64,000 nt of DNA from a virus. The DNA is taken from IMG/VR virus record IMGVR_UViG_3300021964_000016. One strand, 5' to 3'. The position numbers were made by a program, and so were the translations under genes. Positions 40,341 through 48,471 of the stretch are shown piece by piece (the first letter of the stretch is position 1; each line of letters opens with the position of its first letter). The notes beneath the pieces were generated by a model. The model ran no database searches, was not told the DNA's origin, and saw only the letters and a program-made list of their open reading frames with translations.

Positions 40341-41095
40341 TAGAAACCTGCCTCAATATCTGCCCTGCTGAGTGCTTTAGATTCAGTAAGGGTGAAGTTT
40401 ATATCGATTTCTGAGAAATAAGAATTACCGTCTTTAGACTTAAAGAAGGTCTGTGTGCTGGCGTTATAGTTTGAAGAAAAAGAATCGATGTATGCTGGGG
40501 CGATTTTTGGTCCAACCACCTTTCCATCATAAATCATTTCAACCTCAAATCTATCAGGGAAGTTATATCCTAAACTTAGAGTTGTATCGCCAACCGTCGT
40601 TTCAATATCGGTTGGGTACATTTCTTTTCTGAAAAACTGTATTATTTCTTTTATATTCTCTGCTTCTTCTTCAGAAGTAGGAACAAACTTAAAGGCAAAA
40701 GCGAAACTTCTGAGAGAAACCTGCTTAAATAGAGCGCGAGTGTTTGGGTTTGGAGAAATCCTATTTCTTGCTGCTGCAATTTGTCCTGCTTTAGAACTAA
40801 ATTTGCTTATGATATCTCCCAAAAGTTTTTTCTGCACATCTTCAGAAAGTAACGATTCACTAGCGGCACCTTGATCAGTTTGACCTCCGGCAATTGCTGC
40901 GCCAACTGCTCCAAGATCTGCGTTTTCATATTCAACCTTATCTCCTATTTGTAAACCCTGTGGAAGATAAAGTTGAACTTGTTCGATCGCATTCTGGTTT
41001 TCATCTCGCCGAATAGGGTTTTCATCTTTGTCTACTAAAGTAAAACGAAGTTCTCCCAAATAGGAAGTCCTGTCTACTGGAAATACGAGTGCCAT
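40340..41095 (-). CDS. gp48: Baseplate tail-tube cap gp48
   Basis: LYLP, NPN...LF..V.LRSF.F.FKF.P.SEEEA..I..II.FFR..MYP. Confidence 0.85.
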   Translation of the reverse strand: MALVFPVDRTSYLGELRFTLVDKDENPIRRDENQNAIEQVQLYLPQGLQIGDKVEYENADLGAVGAAIAGGQTDQGAASESLLSEDVQKKLLGDIISKFSSKAGQIAAARNRISPNPNTRALFKQVSLRSFAFAFKFVPTSEEEAENIKEIIQFFRKEMYPTDIETTVGDTTLSLGYNFPDRFEVEMIYDGKVVGPKIAPAYIDSFSSNYNASTQTFFKSKDGNSYFSEIDINFTLTESKALSRADIEAGF

Positions 41096-41104
41096 TTTCT
41101 GCCT

Positions 41105-41136
41105 TCTAAATAAGGATATCCGTTCAGTTATTTATA
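41105..41136. promoter_or_regulatory. Divergent late promoters for gp48 (TATAAATA, minus, 41129-41136) and gp4 (TCTAAATA variant, plus, 41105-41112)
   Basis: Boxes in the 44-bp divergent intergenic region. Confidence 0.6.
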
Positions 41137-41139
41137 CCC

Positions 41140-41646
41140 ATGGCAAACAATTATAAAGGAAAATATAAAGTCAAGAACATTTCCAAATACAAAGGAAATA
41201 CACAAGAGGTGGTCTATAGGAGTTCTTGGGAACTTGCTGTAATGAAGCATCTAGACAGTAACCCAGAAGTCTCTAAATGGAATAGCGAAGACTTTGTGGT
41301 GCGGTATTACTATGACGTGGATAAAAAATACCACAACTATCACGTGGATTTTTGGATAAAATACAAAAACGGGAAGGTGTTATTGGTTGAAGTAAAACCA
41401 AAGAAACAGACTTTGCCACCTGCAACAAAGAATCCAAGGTCTAAAAAATCGTTGAACGAAGCATTTGCTTGGATAAAGAACTGCAACAAATGGGAAGCAG
41501 CAGGAAAAATTGCCAAAGACAATGGATACTCTTTTCAGGTTTGGACTGAAGAAGAACTCAAAAAGATGGGTATTCTAAAGAAGCAACCAGGAAAACTAAA
41601 GAAGTTAAAACCGCTAGCACCTTATAAAAAGAAAAAGAAACCTTAG
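41140..41646 (+). CDS. gp4: Head completion protein gp4 (TnsA-like endonuclease fold)
   Basis: YKGKY...N..KYKG....VVYRSSWE, WNSE, Y.VDF, LVEVKP.KQT.PP, N..KW.AA. Confidence 0.93.
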   Translation: MANNYKGKYKVKNISKYKGNTQEVVYRSSWELAVMKHLDSNPEVSKWNSEDFVVRYYYDVDKKYHNYHVDFWIKYKNGKVLLVEVKPKKQTLPPATKNPRSKKSLNEAFAWIKNCNKWEAAGKIAKDNGYSFQVWTEEELKKMGILKKQPGKLKKLKPLAPYKKKKKP

Positions 41647-43601
41647 ATTGCTCTTCCTCTAAATGCTGCTCTACGGTCTGTTCTGTCACTTTTATCAGTA
41701 GCAGATGGCATTGGTCCAGCGTTAATGGTTTGATTGCTGACGGTTGTGTTAGTGTTCGGTGCATTAATAGCGACTGGAGCACTTGGTTTAGATTCTTCTG
41801 CCTTTGCAGCATCCAGTTTTGACTGTTCAGAAGACATAGTTTCAGAAAGAGAAACACGGTCTTGTCCAGGTTCTACTACTGGTGCAACTGAAACACTACC
41901 CATAGCAGCATTTGCTTCTACGCGCTTCGCCTTAATTGCGTTTGATGCTGCTGCGCCTTCATCGGTCATTAAGTAATCAAACGCTTCCATATCATCCATG
42001 CCTTCTAGTTTGGCATCTAGATCTGCTTGCATTTTATCTGCTTCTGCTCTCAATGCTTTGCTTTTTTCGGTATCAACTTTCTTGTCAGCAAAGGTGGTCG
42101 TTGAACCACCGCCAGATTCCGATACTTTGGTAGTTACTTTTGTTGTTACATTACCTGCGGAATCACCTTTCAACTTCATAGGTTTTTCATCATAGAAATC
42201 ATCGCTTCCTTCTATTGCAGCATCAAACCCAATGTCGTCCTCTAGCGCAGCATCGAATTTATCTGGACCTTTACTCTCTCTAAATTTATCCAGTTCAGCG
42301 CGTGCTGTTTTCAATTCCGCACGAATTTCTGCTTGTCTTTTATCCAAATCAGCAAACGGATAATCAGGGTCTCTTGAATCAGCAGGTACTCTCATACCCT
42401 TTGCCAACATTTCCTGTATAATAGTTTCTTTTTGTGCACTTATATCACGTTGTTCTGCTTGTAACGCACCTACTTTTTCGCTAAGTTCTTGTTCTTTATA
42501 GAAATCATCTGCTATTTTTTTGACTTTTACAGGTTTAGGTTCTTCTGTTGTCGTCGGTTTTACTTTTCCTGACGCAAAATCTTTCTTAAATTGTTCTTGC
42601 TGTTGCTTGACGACATCAGCAGAAGACGTTTTAACTGGAGAAGGCACGTCACCAATAGTTCTTCCACGCTTACCAGTCTCGGGATCAACTTCAGGTACGC
42701 CACTTCCTTTAAGGTCGTCAACTGCTGCTTGTCCTCTTTCACTAAGTTTGGCACCTTCTTTTCCGGAAGGAATCTCCATTCCGCGTTTAGTAGAGGTTTC
42801 CTCTTCTTCTTCACTTCCAAGTCCAAAAAACCCCAGAAACCCTTCCTTAACTGCGTTGATCTTGTCTGAGATATAATTTTTTACACTAATGAGAAAATCT
42901 CTAATACTGTCTGTCAATTCGTCAACAAAATCAGTAACAGAAAAATCTGAAAGTGCGTTTTCAATAGTCTCTAGACCCAACACTCCAGCAATTTTCTCCA
43001 CCACCCAGAGCATAGCGTCTATCGGAAGGGTTATGAGTTTAAGAACTCCGTCAATAAAACCCATCATACCTGCTATAATTTTATCGAACAGGGAACCTTC
43101 CTGTGCTTTGAAATCTTCGACAAAATTCATGACCCCCGAGACAAGAGCTGTAATCGCACCAGCAACAGCGATCATGGGCAAGGTGATTGCACCAAACAAA
43201 GTGGTAATAACTGCTGTGACTTTACCGACGGTCTTTAGAACGTTTCCAATAGAATCCATAACGTTCTTTTTCATTTCGCCAACAGGGTCCGATTTGAACC
43301 CTTCCATGAAGGCACCTTTTAGTGTAAACGGTTCTCTCTCGCTATCCTGTTGTTGCCCTACTTCCTCTTCCCTTTTTTTCTGTTTTGCTTGGGTCTTTTC
43401 AAAATCAAGTAATGCGTCAAACCCCTGCATAACAGCAGCAGGAACAGTTTGAACAAAACTGTTCATAACAGAAACAAGTTCTTGTATACCAGAGTTAAGA
43501 GTAGAAATATTATCGTTAATTTCAAAATTTGCTTCAAGGTTGAGATCAACATTCTGGTTGAGTTCTTGTAACTCTGTTACTACCGCTTCTAACGTTGCCA
43601 T
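41643..43601 (-). CDS. Tape-measure-like / baseplate hub protein (652 aa)
   Basis: Helical, hydrophobic A/G/I segments, charged tail; directly after gp51. Confidence 0.55.
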   Translation of the reverse strand: MATLEAVVTELQELNQNVDLNLEANFEINDNISTLNSGIQELVSVMNSFVQTVPAAVMQGFDALLDFEKTQAKQKKREEEVGQQQDSEREPFTLKGAFMEGFKSDPVGEMKKNVMDSIGNVLKTVGKVTAVITTLFGAITLPMIAVAGAITALVSGVMNFVEDFKAQEGSLFDKIIAGMMGFIDGVLKLITLPIDAMLWVVEKIAGVLGLETIENALSDFSVTDFVDELTDSIRDFLISVKNYISDKINAVKEGFLGFFGLGSEEEEETSTKRGMEIPSGKEGAKLSERGQAAVDDLKGSGVPEVDPETGKRGRTIGDVPSPVKTSSADVVKQQQEQFKKDFASGKVKPTTTEEPKPVKVKKIADDFYKEQELSEKVGALQAEQRDISAQKETIIQEMLAKGMRVPADSRDPDYPFADLDKRQAEIRAELKTARAELDKFRESKGPDKFDAALEDDIGFDAAIEGSDDFYDEKPMKLKGDSAGNVTTKVTTKVSESGGGSTTTFADKKVDTEKSKALRAEADKMQADLDAKLEGMDDMEAFDYLMTDEGAAASNAIKAKRVEANAAMGSVSVAPVVEPGQDRVSLSETMSSEQSKLDAAKAEESKPSAPVAINAPNTNTTVSNQTINAGPMPSATDKSDRTDRRAAFRGRAI

Positions 43602-43789
43602 TATCGCCCCATCGCCTTTCTTTGCTCGATTTTTTCGTTCTCTTCCCTAATATGCTCTATAAGAAGAGCAACATAAATCGCCCGTTCCCATGGGAGCATG
43701 TTTTCTAGTTCTGTTAACGAGTAATTGTGGTGCTGCATCAAGGCAAAATTAGTTTTATAATGATTGACCAAATTGTCATGAGACAGCAC
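43601..43789 (-). CDS. gp51: Baseplate hub assembly catalyst gp51
   Basis: YKTNFALMQHHNYSLTELENMLPWER.IY..LL. Confidence 0.9.
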   Translation of the reverse strand: MLSHDNLVNHYKTNFALMQHHNYSLTELENMLPWERAIYVALLIEHIREENEKIEQRKAMGR

Positions 43790-43791
43790 TA

Positions 43792-44511
43792 CTAAAAAAA
43801 ATCGGATAACCCCTTTAGTTGTAATTCGTTTTCAGTACCGCATTTTTTACAATTAAAAACCGCATCATGTTTCAACGCAGGCATACCTTCCAAAAAAGAA
43901 GTCAATTGCTTCAATTGCGTTGCAGTCATAGACTGTATAAATTCCATCAACTCTTCTTCGCTTTGATCTCTTGCGTCAATTCTCTCGTTTGGTGTAAGAA
44001 CTGCTACTATAGATTTACAAATCATTTTTAAAGCAGAACCCATGTCTTTTTCTGCGTTTTCTACATCCCCGTTGAGTAAAGTAGAATATGTTGGATATCT
44101 CATTTCAACAGAAATACCATCAGTAATTTTTATTATATTCTTACTTTTTGGGACTTCTACGTTCAACGTATCGAGATCAATATGGTATTCGTTTGCCTCT
44201 TTACACTCTTGATTTTTGCAACGAATCATAATAGTTGAGGTTTCCCCAACCGACTTTGCTCTCAACTGAGTGAACATGTATTCAATGTCAAACGTTGCCA
44301 AATCAGAAACATTAATATTAGCACTCGGGTCTAGGCAAGAAGAGATAGTATCGCTCATTGCCTGTAAACACATTGAAGTGTCTTTTGACTCAAATGCTTG
44401 AAGAAGAACCTTTTCTTCTTTTACCAAATATGGTCTATACTTTACTCTTTCTCCAGTTGAAGGAATAGTCATATTAAAGTTTAGCGTTTCATTGACACGT
44501 GGTAATGCCAT
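43792..44511 (-). CDS. gp26: Baseplate hub subunit gp26
   Basis: IPSTG..VKYRPYLVKEEKVLL, FDIEY.F.QLRAKSVGE, CxxC zinc motifs, GL.DFF end. Confidence 0.93.
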   Translation of the reverse strand: MALPRVNETLNFNMTIPSTGERVKYRPYLVKEEKVLLQAFESKDTSMCLQAMSDTISSCLDPSANINVSDLATFDIEYMFTQLRAKSVGETSTIMIRCKNQECKEANEYHIDLDTLNVEVPKSKNIIKITDGISVEMRYPTYSTLLNGDVENAEKDMGSALKMICKSIVAVLTPNERIDARDQSEEELMEFIQSMTATQLKQLTSFLEGMPALKHDAVFNCKKCGTENELQLKGLSDFF

Positions 44512-44526
44512 AATAATCTCCGATCA

Positions 44527-45096
44527 TCATTTAATCAAATAATTTGAAAATACAAAAGAAACAGTAAGTTCTAGTGCTGCTCCTTGTGCTTGGTTATTTA
44601 GTTCGACTTCTGTTATGGTAGTTGGATATGCTTTTACTAGTTCAACTTCATAAACCTTTTCTCCGTCAGGGACGTTTAAATTCCCTTTGTCTAACTGAAT
44701 TACAGTTACGCTTTTCGCATAGTCTGCGTGAAATCCAGCAGAATATGGGGGTGAAGGAGAAACTATACATTCCGACCATTCTTGAAAATATTTTCTGGCA
44801 CTATAGTCGTTTGTGAGATAAAATGTCAAGGAGACGTCAGAAGAAGAATACCCATTGACAACCTTTATCGGTTCCATTCCAATTTGCCTATCAAGGAGAG
44901 AGAAATTTTTGCCTGGTATTCTTGCAGCAGTACAAAGAAGGTTCATTTCTCTTGGGGGAATGGGGTCGGTGGCGATTCCCCCTCCAGGTTTAGGTGTTCT
45001 GGAAAGAGATGGCAATATAACAGAGAACCTATTCTGTGAGGCGATTCCTCTTTGGTCGTTGATCAACGAGCGGAGAGTGTCGGTTTTAAATGTCAT
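44527..45096 (-). CDS. Tail tube initiator / gp54-gp19-like protein
   Basis: G.A..NRF.V, LC..A.IPG, LTFY, YF..W, AYP..I...EL. Confidence 0.75.
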   Translation of the reverse strand: MTFKTDTLRSLINDQRGIASQNRFSVILPSLSRTPKPGGGIATDPIPPREMNLLCTAARIPGKNFSLLDRQIGMEPIKVVNGYSSSDVSLTFYLTNDYSARKYFQEWSECIVSPSPPYSAGFHADYAKSVTVIQLDKGNLNVPDGEKVYEVELVKAYPTTITEVELNNQAQGAALELTVSFVFSNYLIK

Positions 45097-45692
45097 ACTG
45101 GTTTCCTAGCAAGGATTCTGCTGTCCCTATAAACTCTACTTTGTGGTGCCTTCCTGAACAATGCTGTTGGAAGATGTACGGCAACTTCCCACTCATACGC
45201 CGGAACTAAGGCAACCTTGCCTAGTATTTGGTCGTATCTGTATCTTTTTACGCAAGGTCTGTGCGCCCTCAAAAACGTTTTACCCAAAAGATATGTGTAA
45301 TTAATTTTCAATCTAGTTCTATCAGTAAAAACAGGTTGAGTTGCTCTCGGTAATAAATTGTAATATAGTTTCTGTCTCAGGTCCACCGGAAGATAATGCA
45401 AATTCAACCCCAAAAATCCACCCTTATATTGCTCAAGCATAAACACTAGAGGGAACCTATCGTAATACGGAAGTTCTAGTCTGCCTTTGGGTTTATACCA
45501 AAACATGTACATTCTTCCGATAAAATAGTTTGCGGCGACTGGTAATCCTCGTTTTAAAGAGTTTCGTTCTATAGGTTCTTCTGCTATTTCTTTTATCTTA
45601 TCTAAAAACCAGTCTCGAGAACCTTTCGAGTTGGCATCCAACCCCTCTTCTTCGAGTTGCTGTTTAAATTTGTTGAATACGGATTCTTCCAT
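45093..45692 (-). CDS. gp2: DNA end protector gp2
   Basis: GRMYMF.Y.PK...LPYYDRFPLV, GFLGLNLHYLP..LR, PC.KRY, W..A..LPT..F. Confidence 0.93.
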   Translation of the reverse strand: MEESVFNKFKQQLEEEGLDANSKGSRDWFLDKIKEIAEEPIERNSLKRGLPVAANYFIGRMYMFWYKPKGRLELPYYDRFPLVFMLEQYKGGFLGLNLHYLPVDLRQKLYYNLLPRATQPVFTDRTRLKINYTYLLGKTFLRAHRPCVKRYRYDQILGKVALVPAYEWEVAVHLPTALFRKAPQSRVYRDSRILARKPV

Positions 45693-45697
45693 GAGTT

Positions 45698-45705
45698 TAT
45701 TTATA
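45698..45705 (-). promoter_or_regulatory. T4-type late promoter TATAAATA, 5 nt before the gp2 ATG
   Basis: Exact consensus. Confidence 0.7.
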
Positions 45706-45725
45706 CGGATTTTTTAAAAACCATG

Positions 45726-45748
45726 AAAAAGGGCACCGAAGTGCCCTT
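45726..45748 (-). terminator. Intrinsic terminator with UUCG tetraloop
   Basis: Minus strand aagggcac-ttcg-gtgccc-ttttt. Confidence 0.85.
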
Positions 45749-45753
45749 AGTTT

Positions 45754-45948
45754 TTATGCCTTGTCATTATCTTCTTTTTTCGAAGCAATATAGTACCAAT
45801 CTCCCGTAATGGGATTTTGTTTGTGAGTCTCAGAAAGTTTCTCCATGACGATCTTTACTTGCCTCGCCTTTACGACAACTTCTTCGATTTCATCTGCACT
45901 AGCAAACGTGGAAAGAAAACACAAGGCAATTACTGCCAAGTTTTTCAT
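45754..45948 (-). CDS. Small secreted protein: signal peptide + TonB-box-like motif (64 aa)
   Basis: MKNLAVIALCFLSTFASA/DEIEEVVVKAR; AAGGA SD; between hsp20 and terminator. Confidence 0.7.
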   Translation of the reverse strand: MKNLAVIALCFLSTFASADEIEEVVVKARQVKIVMEKLSETHKQNPITGDWYYIASKKEDNDKA

Positions 45949-45961
45949 TTTTGGTCCTTTA

Positions 45962-46381
45962 TTATCCGATTGGAATAACTTTTGGACGCTTCTCTTCTGG
46001 GATTTCTACTTTCAGGTCAATGACCAGTAATCCATCCACGAAGTCTGCTCCGTCAACAACGACGTGTTCTGAGAGTCTAAAGGTGCGCGTGAATTTCTTT
46101 GCAGAAATACCACGATGGAGATACTCACGATCACTTTCTCCTTCCCCAGTTTTACCTCCAGAGATTACCAAAATGCCGTCCTTGACTTCAACAGTCAGTT
46201 CGTCCTTTGAGTAACCTGCAAGAGCAAGTTCTACTGAGAAATTCTTTTCATCTTTTTTCACAACGTTGTGCGGAGGATAGAGTTTGTTATCTGCCATTTC
46301 TGACAGACGCTCGATCTCCGACCATACGTGGTCAAATCCGATGAAATGTGAACGTGGAAAAGAAAATGCTTTAGATACCAT
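45962..46381 (-). CDS. hsp20: Small heat-shock protein Hsp20 (IbpA-like)
   Basis: FIGFD, YPPHNVV, ELALAG, YLHRGIS..F.R.F.L, GA.F.DGLL.I.L..IPEEKRP..I.I. Confidence 0.95.
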   Translation of the reverse strand: MVSKAFSFPRSHFIGFDHVWSEIERLSEMADNKLYPPHNVVKKDEKNFSVELALAGYSKDELTVEVKDGILVISGGKTGEGESDREYLHRGISAKKFTRTFRLSEHVVVDGADFVDGLLVIDLKVEIPEEKRPKVIPIG

Positions 46382-46446
46382 AACGGTTCTCCTTATTAAT
46401 AAGCAAGATTGTTGTTAATGCGACCGGACTATCCGCATCGCGAGGG
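46382..46446 (-). promoter_or_regulatory. ROSE-like RNA thermometer in hsp20 5' UTR
   Basis: UCUUGCU-UAUUAAUA-AGGAGA SD-sequestering hairpin (46388-46408) plus a 5' hairpin (46420-46441). Confidence 0.75.
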
Positions 46447-46454
46447 TATTTATA
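46447..46454 (-). promoter_or_regulatory. T4-type late promoter TATAAATA for hsp20 operon
   Basis: Exact consensus immediately upstream of the ROSE leader. Confidence 0.75.
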
Positions 46455-46455
46455 C

Positions 46456-46480
46456 AAAAAAACCCCCCAAAATGGGGGGC
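46456..46480 (-). terminator. Intrinsic terminator after gp32
   Basis: Minus strand cccccc-atttt-gggggg-ttttttt. Confidence 0.8.
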
Positions 46481-46499
46481 ATAAGACCCAAATGGGGTA

Positions 46500-47414
46500 T
46501 TAGTCTGCGTTTGCTAACTTCTGGAAGTAAGAGAACGCATCATCATCTCCTGCGTCTCCTGCTTCTTCAGCAGTAGCAGCAGCACTACTAGGCACTTCAG
46601 GGGCAGCAGCAACAGGAGCAGGTGCAGGTTCAGCAACTGTGTCCATTGCAACTTCATGCTTGATAGTGCTCGGGGCGGATTGACCAAGAACTTCGTTCAA
46701 CTTGCTTTGAAGTTGTTCATAAGTCTTGTAATTCGCTGGATCAACAAACTGGTTGATATCATGCAACTGGTTTAAGACTGCTTGGAGTTGAACCTCATCG
46801 CCTTCAAAAAGAGGAGAAGGTGCTTTGAACTCTGAGCGGTCATAGTTACGATATCCTTCTACGTTACGAATCTTCAACTGGAAGTCAGCACCGTTCCACA
46901 GATCAAATGGATCGACTGGAGTCTCTCCTGGGAACTGTGGTTGCATAAGATCTTGAATTTTATCAAAGATCTTTTTACCGAACTGATACATAAAGACTTT
47001 GCCTTCATTCTCAGGGGCAGAAGGATCTGATACTACCAGAATGTTTGTAACGTAGTGAAGTCGACGCTTCTGCTTGCGAACAGTTTCGCGATCTTCTTCG
47101 TTACCCGAATTCCACAACTTGCTGTTGAGTTCACCAAGTGGGTCTTGCTGTCCAAGAGAGGTCAGCGACTTCTCAATGTACCACTTACCAGTTGGACCTT
47201 TGAACCCATGGTCCCAATAACGAACCCAAGGGACTTCGTTATCAGAAGGAAGGAATCGGATGATTGCGTAACCGTTGCCTGCCTTATCGACAGTAGGTTT
47301 CCAGATGTTCTCGTCTTGCTGTCGCTCGGTTTGTTGACCACCACCTGCTTCTTTAGCAGCATTGACGAGTTTGTTGATGTCGTATCGACGTGATTTAAGT
47401 GATTGTATATCCAT
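46500..47414 (-). CDS. gp32: Single-stranded DNA-binding protein gp32 (304 aa; start MDIQS)
   Basis: WKP.VDKAGNGYA.IRFLP, HGFKGPTGKWYIE.SLT.LG..DP, FGKKIFDKI, PFDLW.GADF.LKIR, acidic tail; AAGGA SD at 47414 start. Confidence 0.97.
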   Translation of the reverse strand: MDIQSLKSRRYDINKLVNAAKEAGGGQQTERQQDENIWKPTVDKAGNGYAIIRFLPSDNEVPWVRYWDHGFKGPTGKWYIEKSLTSLGQQDPLGELNSKLWNSGNEEDRETVRKQKRRLHYVTNILVVSDPSAPENEGKVFMYQFGKKIFDKIQDLMQPQFPGETPVDPFDLWNGADFQLKIRNVEGYRNYDRSEFKAPSPLFEGDEVQLQAVLNQLHDINQFVDPANYKTYEQLQSKLNEVLGQSAPSTIKHEVAMDTVAEPAPAPVAAAPEVPSSAAATAEEAGDAGDDDAFSYFQKLANAD

Positions 47415-47441
47415 TTGTATTTCCTTGTATGACTGAAATAT

Positions 47442-47483
47442 AACACAGTATTGATTATTGTTGAGCAACGTGTTTCGCTCAAC
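47442..47483 (-). promoter_or_regulatory. Putative gene-32 autoregulatory pseudoknot
   Basis: Stem guugagc/gcucaac with loop aacacg able to pair with ugtguu 12 nt downstream, then an A/U-rich leader. Confidence 0.5.
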
Positions 47484-47485
47484 TC

Positions 47486-47493
47486 TATTTATA
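47486..47493 (-). promoter_or_regulatory. T4-type late promoter TATAAATA upstream of gp32
   Basis: Exact consensus. Confidence 0.7.
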
Positions 47494-47506
47494 AGTATAG
47501 GCATTC

Positions 47507-48079
47507 TCAACGAGAAGTCAATACTTTTCCTTCCCGCTGTGCCCAACTAATTAGGACAACGCGACGACCTTGGAGCAACGGAGTTGCTTCATGGAAGTAA
47601 TATGCGGGAAAGATGATGGTCTCAAAAGGTTCAAGATCTACAACATAATCTTTCCCCAAAGGAGTCCATATTTTTAACTTGCCACCGACGAGGTCGTCAG
47701 ATTTTTCAATCATCGTGACGGAGGTAAACAAACGATTATGTGCGCTGCCAATCTCGTCTATGTCGTCTGTGTGACACAAAAATTGTTGCCCAACTCCCTC
47801 ATAACGTATAAACTCAAATTGCGCGAACCAAAGATCTTCAGGAAAACTAGGAGAAAGATCTAGTAAAAGTTCTCTAAGCGCAAGAGAAATGTCGGGGAAT
47901 TCTTTGTAAGTAAACGGTATGTTTTCACATTTTCTAGTTTCTGAAATAGAAGAAGATTCTAAATTCCTGTCATAAACTTGTGCGGGAGAAAGTTGCGGTT
48001 CAAGTTCTTTGAACTTTGTCAGGAGGGTCTCTTTTTGTTCTTCGTCAAAGATGAACTCTCTGATAAAATAATTATTCAA
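47507..48079 (-). CDS. 2OG-Fe(II) oxygenase (prolyl-4-hydroxylase-like)
   Basis: Y..GQ.F..HTD, R....GG.L, IIFP....HEA.P...G.R.VL.SW. Confidence 0.85.
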   Translation of the reverse strand: MNNYFIREFIFDEEQKETLLTKFKELEPQLSPAQVYDRNLESSSISETRKCENIPFTYKEFPDISLALRELLLDLSPSFPEDLWFAQFEFIRYEGVGQQFLCHTDDIDEIGSAHNRLFTSVTMIEKSDDLVGGKLKIWTPLGKDYVVDLEPFETIIFPAYYFHEATPLLQGRRVVLISWAQREGKVLTSR

Positions 48080-48314
48080 AAGGAAGTTCTGCCTTTCTTT
48101 CTATGTAATTTAAACTCATCGCCTCTGCTTCGAGTTTGCTCTTGATGACATTTGATACATATTTTTTTGAGTCTTCAAGATCTATTCCGTTTTGCTCGCA
48201 GGCATACAAGACAGCATCAATGTATGATAAAGATTTTTCTAAAGAAACCTGTTCGACAATTTTGCTAAACTTTGCTTTAGTCATAAACTCTAAAGGAGAT
48301 TCTTCAGTCGTCAT
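48072..48314 (-). CDS. gp33: Late transcription co-activator gp33
   Basis: KFS..VE.....SYIDAV...CE.N.ID.E.....S..IK.KLEAEA..LNY....LP. Confidence 0.9.
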   Translation of the reverse strand: MTTEESPLEFMTKAKFSKIVEQVSLEKSLSYIDAVLYACEQNGIDLEDSKKYVSNVIKSKLEAEAMSLNYIERKAELPFE

Positions 48315-48471
48315 CTGATGTCTCCTCTTCTTTTGATTCTACAGATATTATCTGTGCGACTTCCTTCAATTCAGCAATCAGGTTGTGAACTTCTTTATAT
48401 GGTCTAGACATTAAATAGTTGGTCACTGAATTGAAGGTTTCTGAAGGCAACCCAATTAAAGAGTCGTTCAT
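48304..48471 (-). CDS. Small hypothetical protein (55 aa, MNDSLIGLPSETFNSVTNYLMSRPYKEVHNLI...), not in ORF track
   Basis: Fills gap, ATGA overlap with upstream gene, YL..RPY.EV..LI motif seen in phage proteins. Confidence 0.7.
   Translation of the reverse strand: MNDSLIGLPSETFNSVTNYLMSRPYKEVHNLIAELKEVAQIISVESKEEETSDDD

Noticed and set aside
41140-41646. TnsA-like transposase on the opposite strand
   Set aside because: Motifs and divergent position match T4 gp4 head completion protein
42889-43452. 187-aa plus-strand ORF
   Set aside because: Entirely antisense to the tape-measure-like gene; no promoter or SD
47415-47546. 44-aa N-terminal extension of gp32 in the ORF track
   Set aside because: Region holds the promoter and structured leader; good SD precedes MDIQS at 47414
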